Shown here: piece after piece, positions 20,349 to 27,690 of the stretch
Position numbering within the stretch: position 1 is the first letter of the stretch
How the letters are laid out: each line of letters begins with the position of its first letter
DNA from: a virus
Virus record (IMG/VR): IMGVR_UViG_3300036857_000203
Span: 1-64,000 of that record
Strand: one strand, 5' to 3'
DNA length: 64,000 nt
Notes under the pieces: generated by a model
Told to the model about the DNA's origin: nothing
Databases searched by the model: none
The model's input: the letters and a program-made list of their open reading frames with translations, nothing else
Program-made: the position numbers and the translations under genes

Positions 20349-21086
20349 ATGCTGATAAGGGACTGGTATCGGCAGCAGAGACCGCTGATGGAGGCGCACG
20401 CTCGGCAGCGTGAGCGGCTGAACTACGGCGCAGGCGGGCGGCTGTGGGGACCACACAGAGAGATAGCCGGGATGGAGGGCCAAGCCTCGCTGGCGTGTGC
20501 CACCGGCAGCGAGATTCAGATGATCGACTTCGCGCAGGGCGGCGACGGCGGCGTGGACGTCTGGCTGCTCCTGTTCTTTGATGGCGAGTACCACTGGATC
20601 AAGGTTGATGCGAAGGGCGTATGGAACAAGCCGGTCTACATGCTGATCCCGACCAGGGACCTCGTCCATCGGACTGAGCCGCTGACGTTCGATCCTGTTG
20701 GAGGCAGGCTCCAGGTCGGCGCAGTGGTTGCAAACACCATCTACGTCCAGGCCTATCGCCACCGGGGCCAGGATGGGAACGAGAACAACGTCGATCTCGG
20801 CCCCTGGCCAATCAACGGCTGGGCGTGGGGCCATGAGGTGATGAAGTACTCGGCGGATTGGTACAAGGGGAACAATAGGTACGTCCACATGGTGCCGTCC
20901 TGGGGCGAGGAGAGCGTGCTCCACCCCATGGAGGAGCTGATGGCGATGTACTGTGACCGGTGGCGCATGCAGAACCTTCGGGAGCGGGTCGCCATGTACT
21001 GCGATGACGTGACGCTACGTGGAGGATACGGGGGACAGCCCCCACATGGTGGTGGACGACCAACACAGGAGGCACATCATGCCTAG
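20349..21086 (+). CDS. Hypothetical protein, possibly a PD-(D/E)xK nuclease
   Basis: E..G..GE/Q..GDGGVDV..IKVDAKG motif. Confidence 0.5.
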   Translation: MLIRDWYRQQRPLMEAHARQRERLNYGAGGRLWGPHREIAGMEGQASLACATGSEIQMIDFAQGGDGGVDVWLLLFFDGEYHWIKVDAKGVWNKPVYMLIPTRDLVHRTEPLTFDPVGGRLQVGAVVANTIYVQAYRHRGQDGNENNVDLGPWPINGWAWGHEVMKYSADWYKGNNRYVHMVPSWGEESVLHPMEELMAMYCDRWRMQNLRERVAMYCDDVTLRGGYGGQPPHGGGRPTQEAHHA

Positions 21087-21384
21087 CGAATTATTCGACT
21101 CTGACAAGCTCATCGCATGGCTGCGCCAGCAGCCGCCCGACGAGGAATACACCTGGAGCGATCCGGTGTTCTGCCTGATGGGGCGCTACGTCACCGACGT
21201 GGGGAGGCCCAAAGACCTCTACGGCTATAGCGACATGCCGCACTATCACGAGATTGCCGAGACCAAGCCGCACACGTTCGGAGCAGCGCTCCAGCGGGCC
21301 GAGGCACTCAAGGCGCTGCCGGCACCCGCGCTGCAGATCGAGGACAAGAGCCGCGAGCTGGTGACGGTGGAAGCGGCGGGATGA
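21079..21384 (+). CDS. Hypothetical protein
   Basis: GGAGG RBS; LIAWLRQQPPDEEY..C..TFGAALQRA. Confidence 0.6.
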   Translation: MPSELFDSDKLIAWLRQQPPDEEYTWSDPVFCLMGRYVTDVGRPKDLYGYSDMPHYHEIAETKPHTFGAALQRAEALKALPAPALQIEDKSRELVTVEAAG

Positions 21385-21860
21385 ACTTCTGGGCGGACCT
21401 TCAGTACGAACCGGAAACCGGTAAGTTCTACCGGCTGAAGTCCGCTCGCAGCGTGAAGGCTGGAGATGAGGCTGGTTGCCTGAACCCCTCAACTCAGTAT
21501 TGGATCATCCGCGTCGGAGGGAGAAGTTATCGCCGTGGGCGATTGGCATGGCTTTATATGACCGGTCGCTGGCCGATCGCGCAGATTGATCACATCAATG
21601 GGGTAAAGACTGATGACCGGATCGAGAATCTCCGAGAGGCGACTAATTCACAGAACGCCTTAAACAAACGACGGACACGCCAGAACACATCAGGTTTCAA
21701 GGGCGTCACTTGGCATAAACGCACTCGCCGCTGGCATGCTCAGATCAACATCGGCGGCAAGAATAAGTACATCGGTAGTTTCCGGTCTCCCGAGGAGGCC
21801 CATGACGCTTATTGGCGGGCTGCGCAGGATGGTCACGGTGCGTTTGGGAGGAAAGAGTGA
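21381..21860 (+). CDS. HNH-AP2 homing endonuclease
   Basis: IDHINGVKTDDRIENLREAT..SGFKGVTW..WHAQI..YIGSF..EEAHDAY. Confidence 0.9.
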   Translation: MNFWADLQYEPETGKFYRLKSARSVKAGDEAGCLNPSTQYWIIRVGGRSYRRGRLAWLYMTGRWPIAQIDHINGVKTDDRIENLREATNSQNALNKRRTRQNTSGFKGVTWHKRTRRWHAQINIGGKNKYIGSFRSPEEAHDAYWRAAQDGHGAFGRKE

Positions 21861-23467
21861 AGGAACTCAGACCTTACCAAGAAGACGCCCTCCAGGCGAT
21901 CCGGCAGACGGTAGGCCAGGGGGTGAAACGTCTCGTGTGTCAATCACCTACTGGGTCAGGCAAGACGTTGCTCGCGGCAACGATCGTTGACGGCGCGCTG
22001 CGCAAGGGCAACCGGCTGTGTTTCACGGTGCCGGCGATCGACCTTGTCGATCAGACCGTGGAGATGTTCTACGCCCAGGGCATCAAGGACGTCGGCGTCA
22101 TCCAGGCTGACCACCGGATGACCAACTGGCAGATGCCAATCCAAGTCGCGAGCATCCAGACTATCCGCTCGCGCGGAATCTATCCCGAGGCCCAGGTCGT
22201 CGTCATTGACGAGTGCCACCAGTTGCACAAGGCGCACGTCAAGTGGTTGAGCGATCCTGACTGGCAAGCAGTGCCGTTCATCGGGCTCAGTGCAACTCCC
22301 TGGACGCGCGGCCTCGGGAAGCACTTCTCGTCCTTATTGGTGATGTCTACGACGAAAGAGCTGATCGAGGAGGGGTACTTATCCAGGTTCCGGGTGTTTG
22401 CGGCGGATCATCCTGATCTGAGCAATGTTCCGACCATGGGCAAGACCGGCGATTACAAGGAAGCGCCGCTGTCCACCGTGATGAGCCAGCAGCAGCTGAT
22501 GGCGAACGTGATCGAGACCTGGAGGGTGCGCCACAACGCTGACAAGACGCTGTGCTTCGCAGTTGATCGTGCGCACGCGAAGTCGCTGCAAGAGCGCTTC
22601 CTCGACGCTGGCATCTCATGCGCGTACCAGGACGCCAACACACCGAGCGCAGAGCGTGCAGAGATCAAGAGGAGATTCCATAGTGGAGATTATCGTGTGG
22701 TTTGCAGTGTCGGAACATTGTGCACGGGCGTCGACTGGGACGTCAGATGTCTCGTCTTGGCAAGGCCGACGAAGAGCGAAATGCTTTACGTGCAAATCAT
22801 TGGTCGAGGCTTACGAACGGCTGAGGGCAAGACTCACCTGCTTGTTCTCGATCACACGTCCACAACGGAGCGGCTCGGGCTGGTGACCGACGTTCACCAC
22901 GATAGCTTGTCGATGGGCAAGCTCGATGAGAATAAGGCTGCTCCGCGTAAGCCGCCGCTGCCTCGACCCTGTCCGCAGTGCAGCTGCCTGATGGCGGTCG
23001 GTGTACGAGTCTGCGAGGAGTGCGGCTTCGAGCGCAAGATCGTGTCGAAGGTCACCGAGAGAGACGGTCAGCTGGTGGAGTTCGATGGGACGTTTCGCAA
23101 GAAGGGCAAGACTGATCCCAAGTTGCTGCCGTATTCGTTCGCGGAGAAGATCAAATACTTTCAGCAGCTGCGCGGCTATGAGGTAATGCGTGGCTATCGG
23201 AAAGGTTGGGCCGCGAATCAATTCCGGGAGAAGTTCAATGAAGGCTGGCCCCCGTGGTCCTGGAACGATCTCGCACCAATGGCGCCCGGCCCCGAAGTCA
23301 CGTCCTGGATCAAATCCCGACTCATTGCATGGGCACAGAGTAAAGCTCGAACTGCTAGCGCTGCAGCTGGCACTCCACGGTCCGACAGCGGTAACACCCA
23401 GCGCAGTTCGTATTCTGGCGCGAAGCCCGCTGTGGCTGGAGACGAGACTACTCCTCCGTGGGAGTAA
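21857..23467 (+). CDS. Superfamily 2 (DExH) helicase with C-terminal zinc ribbon
   Basis: LRPYQ, SPTGSGKT, VIDECH, LSATP, GVDWD, QIIGRGLR, CPQC..CEECG. Confidence 0.92.
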   Translation: MKELRPYQEDALQAIRQTVGQGVKRLVCQSPTGSGKTLLAATIVDGALRKGNRLCFTVPAIDLVDQTVEMFYAQGIKDVGVIQADHRMTNWQMPIQVASIQTIRSRGIYPEAQVVVIDECHQLHKAHVKWLSDPDWQAVPFIGLSATPWTRGLGKHFSSLLVMSTTKELIEEGYLSRFRVFAADHPDLSNVPTMGKTGDYKEAPLSTVMSQQQLMANVIETWRVRHNADKTLCFAVDRAHAKSLQERFLDAGISCAYQDANTPSAERAEIKRRFHSGDYRVVCSVGTLCTGVDWDVRCLVLARPTKSEMLYVQIIGRGLRTAEGKTHLLVLDHTSTTERLGLVTDVHHDSLSMGKLDENKAAPRKPPLPRPCPQCSCLMAVGVRVCEECGFERKIVSKVTERDGQLVEFDGTFRKKGKTDPKLLPYSFAEKIKYFQQLRGYEVMRGYRKGWAANQFREKFNEGWPPWSWNDLAPMAPGPEVTSWIKSRLIAWAQSKARTASAAAGTPRSDSGNTQRSSYSGAKPAVAGDETTPPWE

Positions 23468-23593
23468 TCTGTTCACCGGGGCCGAGATCAACATCTTGAT
23501 GGGCGGAGTGCACCCCCATGGCTGTTGCTGCTGGGGGTGCATCCGTCAGTTACGACAGCGGGTGATAGCCCACCGTCGCAGGCTGGAGGCTAA

Positions 23594-24152
23594 GCCTGCC
23601 AAGCCCGGCCAGGACTGAACGCACCAAGCCAAGCCCGGCCCTGCCTTGCCTCGCCTCGCCAAGCCCTAGCTAGCCGGGCCAGGACTGCCACGCCAAGCCA
23701 AGCCCTGTCAGGTCCTGGCGTGCCGTGCCTTGCCGTGCCGTGCCTGCCGGGCCAAGCCGTGCCTGTCCGAGGCCTGCCGCGTCTTGCCGGGCCTAGCCCT
23801 GCCGGGCCTGCCGCGACATGCCGCGTCTTGTCAGGTCGGGACATGCCGGGCCATACCGCGCCCGCCTTGCCTCAACTGCCGCGACATGCCGAGCCTGGAC
23901 CTGCCATGTCCAGCCGTCCGAGCCGGGCCAATGCCACGCCTGCCGAGCCAAGCCAGCGTCGGGCCAAGGCATGCCGTGACATGTCATCCACGTAGATGAC
24001 GTGCCTGCCATGCCCCGCCTTGCCGCGCACCGCCGGGCCGAGCCTCGCCGGGCCAAGCCCCGCCGCACCGGGCCTGCCGGGCCGCGCCATGCCGAGCCAC
24101 GTCCCACCGGGACGCGCCACGCCAAGCCGCGCCGAGCCTGCGTTACCGTGCC
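23594..24152 (-). ncRNA. GGC-NN pentamer array: eight 59-70 nt guide-like units plus a 19-nt remnant
   Basis: The minus strand reads GGC-NN with 5-nt period (minor GGT/GTC/GAC/GCC variants). Register is reset by a 4-nt GGCA step. Units: 24075-24138, 24006-24074, 23941-24005, 23877-23940, 23809-23876, 23745-23808, 23686-23744, 23616-23685. Starts about 8 nt after the stop codon of 24161-24691. Confidence 0.85.
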
Positions 24153-24160
24153 TAAGACTT

Positions 24161-24691
24161 CTACCGTTGGGCCGCAGCCCTCGGTCTCTCCCCCGGCCGC
24201 CGACGCGGCGGCTGCGGGCGAGATGGCGGTTTCTTCTCGTCGTCTTTGCCAAGCTCATTCACGATGCTGTCGAGCCGGGCGTAGAACTCGCTTTCCAGTT
24301 TGGTTGTTCGCGCATGACCATGTGCATCGACCAGCAAGTTGCGGACTCGATCCATGAGCACTGCCAGGATGCGCGAGTTCTTCTCCTTCGTTGCACTCGC
24401 AACATCGACGTACGTGCCGACCGCCGACCTGGGATCGGGGTCGTGCCGATATCGCGGAAGCACGCGCGAGAGATCGATGTCGTTGATCTCGGGACGGGGA
24501 CAGCTACGGATGATCTCCTCGGCACGCGCCAAGAGATACCTTCGATGAACTCGCGCCGGGTCCCAATCGAACAACTTGTTCAACTCGCTGTTCTGATCCC
24601 TCCCCGCCTCCACGACATCGCGTGCGTTGATCGTGCCGTTACCGTCGCGCAGCTCATCGAGTGCGGTGATCTGCTCGGTCGTAAGATTCAT
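24161..24691 (-). CDS. Accessory protein of the RAMP-array locus (unknown function)
   Basis: Overlaps the RAMP stop codon by 4 nt. GTINARDVVEAGRDQNSELNKLFDWD..YLLARAEEIIR. Confidence 0.8.
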   Translation of the reverse strand: MNLTTEQITALDELRDGNGTINARDVVEAGRDQNSELNKLFDWDPARVHRRYLLARAEEIIRSCPRPEINDIDLSRVLPRYRHDPDPRSAVGTYVDVASATKEKNSRILAVLMDRVRNLLVDAHGHARTTKLESEFYARLDSIVNELGKDDEKKPPSRPQPPRRRPGERPRAAAQR

Positions 24692-25506
24692 GTGCTCGCT
24701 CCTGGTTGCTCGGGTTGATCGCTTGAACGAGAGCGCGTTACGGGATCGCGCCGCCGCATCACCTCAGCGTCGTACCAGCCCAGCAAGTCGGCGCTCTCTT
24801 CGTCAGCGAACGATGGATCATCGAGCGCTGCGAGCTGTGCCTCGCGCCCCTCTTTCTCGACAATGTCCATCCATTCGGGATGATCGTGGCTCACGACATC
24901 CCAGGAGCCGAAAGAGAATGCGCCGCGTTCCTGGCGCCCGTCGCCGACACCGACAATCATGCCGGCGTTCATCGCTAGATTGAGCACGTCGTCGAGCGTG
25001 ATCAGGTCGCGCACATAGCGAAAGCTCATGGAGCACGCCCAGCGCGGGAAGTAGGCGCGCGTGCGGATGTCGGGCGTCTTGGCGATGCCGGCCTGCCGCA
25101 CCATCGACATGTGCAGCTGCGGGATGCCGTACAGGAAGATCGTCGGCGTGGTTACGGTAATGAGCCGGCCCACTTCCGCTCGTGTTGCGCCCGGCGTGTC
25201 GACTGCCGCCTGGGCGAGCGCTTTCTTGATGCTGTTGCCGGGGAGGTGGACGGCGGCTGGCGCATCGGCGTCGCGGCAGCGATAGACCGAGGCGCGGAAC
25301 TCTTCGAGCGGATCGTGCTTGAGGGTGGCTGCGCGTGCTGCCCGGTTGGGAGCGCGTGGGGGGAGGAGTATCTGGCGCTTCGCCTTCTCGGTGAAGCGGT
25401 TCATCACGAGCGCGCTTGTGCCCAGGAGATGGAGAGTCGCGCCCACCATCTGCAATCGACTGATGAGCGGGCGCTCCGCACCAGTCTGCTTTGCCGCTTT
25501 CGCCAT
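24688..25506 (-). CDS. Cas7/Csm3-like RAMP-fold RNA-binding protein
   Basis: RAMP hallmarks: N-terminal strand ATLHLLGTSALVM, HLPGNSIKKAL (cf. IPGSSLKG of Csm3/Cmr RAMPs), a long insertion MVRQAGIAKTPDIRTR, and a C-terminal Gly-rich loop GMIVGVGDGRQERGAFSFGSW. Confidence 0.75.
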   Translation of the reverse strand: MAKAAKQTGAERPLISRLQMVGATLHLLGTSALVMNRFTEKAKRQILLPPRAPNRAARAATLKHDPLEEFRASVYRCRDADAPAAVHLPGNSIKKALAQAAVDTPGATRAEVGRLITVTTPTIFLYGIPQLHMSMVRQAGIAKTPDIRTRAYFPRWACSMSFRYVRDLITLDDVLNLAMNAGMIVGVGDGRQERGAFSFGSWDVVSHDHPEWMDIVEKEGREAQLAALDDPSFADEESADLLGWYDAEVMRRRDPVTRSRSSDQPEQPGAST

Positions 25507-25582
25507 ATTGAGGGTTCCTGTGATCGAGTGTATATAGAACAGGCGGATGCCTATCCAACGCAGACTATATCAGGAAACTACG

Positions 25583-25792
25583 ATGCACAAGCGGGAAGAG
25601 TCGGCGAACCTGAACGAGGGACTACGCGCCGCGATCGACGCTTGCGGTTCGCGCTATGCCCTGGCCAAGCGGCTCGGCCTGACACCGGTAGCAGTGCTTG
25701 ATTGGTGGCGCATCCCGGCGGACTTGGTGGTCGAGGTGGAGAGAGTATCGGGCGTGCCCCGCGAGAGGCTACGCCCGGAGCTGTACTACTAA
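25583..25792 (+). CDS. Cro/YdaS-like HTH regulator
   Basis: AIDACGSRYALAKRLGLTPVAVLDW..IP..VERVSGVPRERLRPELY; divergent from the RAMP gene. Confidence 0.85.
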   Translation: MHKREESANLNEGLRAAIDACGSRYALAKRLGLTPVAVLDWWRIPADLVVEVERVSGVPRERLRPELYY

Positions 25793-26337
25793 CGCCCGCG
25801 CAGGAAGCGCTCAGCCTCGCGACCGGTGAGCGGCGGCTTGCGCAGCTTGCCGGTCAGCGCGGCTTGCTTGTGCTCCTCACGCACCCTACGCTTCTCCTTC
25901 TCCACGAGCCGCCTCTGCTCGACAGTGGGAGCTTTGTTGTGACTGTTAGCGACGGCGTAGGCCGCCTCAGCGACATCCTTGGCGAGAGGGCTCCGCTTGA
26001 GATAGGTGGGAATCTCAAGCTCATCCAGCTGACCAGCAAGTGGTTTGTCGCCGGGCTTCTCCTGCACGACGGGCGCGTCGTTAACGTCGCTCCGATCCTC
26101 GGCTACATGCACGGCTGGACCCGGCAGCGGGTCCTTCGCTACGCCCGCATCCGGCACTGGACGGCCACAGAGCTTTGAAGCTTGCCGCAGCCTAAGCCGG
26201 TCGAGCGTCTTGCGCAGACCAGGAAGCTTGACCTCGGCATTCACCAGGGCCGCGAGCGCGCCGTTGCGTTGCATCTCCAGGCGAGCGACTTGGGCACGCA
26301 GAAGGCGGATGTCTCTTTGGAGCTTTGTCTCTTTCAT
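25789..26337 (-). CDS. Hypothetical protein
   Basis: MKETKLQ.. after CATGAAAGG and a strong promoter; contains LEIPTYLKR. Confidence 0.6.
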   Translation of the reverse strand: MKETKLQRDIRLLRAQVARLEMQRNGALAALVNAEVKLPGLRKTLDRLRLRQASKLCGRPVPDAGVAKDPLPGPAVHVAEDRSDVNDAPVVQEKPGDKPLAGQLDELEIPTYLKRSPLAKDVAEAAYAVANSHNKAPTVEQRRLVEKEKRRVREEHKQAALTGKLRKPPLTGREAERFLRGR

Positions 26338-26370
26338 GGTGTTACCTTTCATGTATCGCACTAGATAGGT

Positions 26371-26406
26371 AGTGTAGCACATCTGCAACACTATGTCAAG
26401 ATGGCA
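26371..26406 (-). promoter_or_regulatory. Sigma70-like promoter with overlapping operator
   Basis: TTGACA-17 nt-TACACT on the minus strand; TGTCAAGATGGCA at 26394-26406. Confidence 0.7.
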
Positions 26407-26512
26407 GATACCTATCTCAGTGGCATCTGACAGCCGCCCATTATTGCGATTACGCTGATGCAGATCGCCACCGCCAGGACGAGGATCGCCACCTCGCGCA
26501 TGGTGTAATGCC

Positions 26513-27097
26513 TCATCGGCCAACCCTCTCTGAGGCCGGCACCCAATGCGTGAGTGGCCACGGCACATTGCGCTGATCAGGATGATCACCCGGCCATCCG
26601 TTGCAGTGCCCGATCTCGTGCCGCAGCAGCAGACCAGTGTTCCAGCCGCGCGTACGCATCACCTCGTCCTCGACCAAATAGATCACGCAGCTCTTAGCGT
26701 TGTGACGGGCGCATGCCAGCATCTTTGGATTATAGACGTTGCATGCTGCGCGCAGCGCTTCGAACGTCGGCAGCATTATGATCGTCAGGTCGCCATCGTA
26801 GGGCTTGTCGTACTCAGGTGGCGGCAAGATCGGATACTGCGTCTGCGGCGGACGTGGTGCCGGCGCCAGATACCCCATGTCATTCGGATTGTGGGGTCGA
26901 TTGTTGGTGGGCTGGAGATCAGCCTTGGGCGCCGGGGGCGGTATGGGCACGACCTTGGAGGGCAGCGGCACGATCTTGGGAGCGGCTGTGATGTTGTTCA
27001 CGCGCTGGGGGTGGACCGGCGAACTGATGCTGATCACCCCCAGCGTTATTGCCGCCAGAGCAAGCGCGAACCAAGCTAGCTGCTTGTCGGTGAACAT
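26513..27097 (-). CDS. Secreted or membrane-anchored HExxH metallopeptidase-like protein
   Basis: N-terminal hydrophobic helix, Pro-rich linker, LLRHEIGHCNGWPGDH. Confidence 0.65.
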   Translation of the reverse strand: MFTDKQLAWFALALAAITLGVISISSPVHPQRVNNITAAPKIVPLPSKVVPIPPPAPKADLQPTNNRPHNPNDMGYLAPAPRPPQTQYPILPPPEYDKPYDGDLTIIMLPTFEALRAACNVYNPKMLACARHNAKSCVIYLVEDEVMRTRGWNTGLLLRHEIGHCNGWPGDHPDQRNVPWPLTHWVPASERVGR

Positions 27098-27271
27098 GTT
27101 GGACCTTTCATGCGTTACCTGTGAGGATTATCCCCACAGCGATGACGACGATGACGACAAAGATAGTTGCGCGTATAGATGTTCCCGCCGAGAACATCTA
27201 ATTCGGGCCGTTGTGTATGCGGTCGAATACCTGCCCCATTGTGTGGGTCTATGTGTTGAAGTGACGTCATT

Positions 27272-27487
27272 TCAGCCCAGCTGGCTCACGATCTGCTCGA
27301 ACTTCCGCTCGCTGGTGGTGAGCCGCATGATCACCAGGAGCCGCAGCAAGCGTGCTGCAGGCTCTGGGATGGTGGCGCCCTCGGCGTAACGGTAGGGCGT
27401 ACGACGCCCGAGACCGAGGACCTGGGCCATACGCAGATGCGTCCAGCCCAGGGTCTCTCGTGCATTACGGTATTCGCTCGTGGTCAT
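27272..27487 (-). CDS. XRE-type HTH protein
   Basis: EYRNARETLGWTHLRMAQVLGLGRRTPYRYAEG..IPEPAARLL. Confidence 0.8.
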   Translation of the reverse strand: MTTSEYRNARETLGWTHLRMAQVLGLGRRTPYRYAEGATIPEPAARLLRLLVIMRLTTSERKFEQIVSQLG

Positions 27488-27495
27488 GGTCTCCT

Positions 27496-27690
27496 CTAAT
27501 CTTCCATCAGTGCTGATCCAGGATCGACGTTGCCCTCGATGATGAAGCAGTCCTTGCGTGTCAGCGGCTTGCCGCCGTTGAACTCCAGGCTGATCGTTGA
27601 GCCTGGGAGCCAGACCTTGACCTCGCGGTCCAGGTCCTCGGGTTTGACTGCGTCGATGATCGTCCGCAGCTGTCGAGCGCTGAGGCTCAT
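27496..27690 (-). CDS. Hypothetical protein
   Basis: Coupled ORF in the leftward early operon. Confidence 0.5.
   Translation of the reverse strand: MSLSARQLRTIIDAVKPEDLDREVKVWLPGSTISLEFNGGKPLTRKDCFIIEGNVDPGSALMED

Noticed and set aside
23686-23876. Weak self-matches for unit 5 (PLPIKA in 18602-19159) and unit 7 (TTK..LLV in 30071-30283)
   Set aside because: They need gaps or match too few positions to be distinguished from chance.
23594-24152. Canonical CRISPR array or simple microsatellite
   Set aside because: There are no 25-40 nt identical repeats and no cas1/cas2. The NN positions are information-rich and organised in about 64-nt units, unlike slippage repeats.
23590-24357. Arg/Gly/Ala/Pro-rich ORFs in all frames over the array, and the N-terminal extensions of ORFs over 14986-15116 and 33547-33675
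   Set aside because: They are by-products of a stop-poor 5-nt repeat. The period is not a multiple of 3, and the neighbouring genes have better RBS-supported starts outside the repeats.
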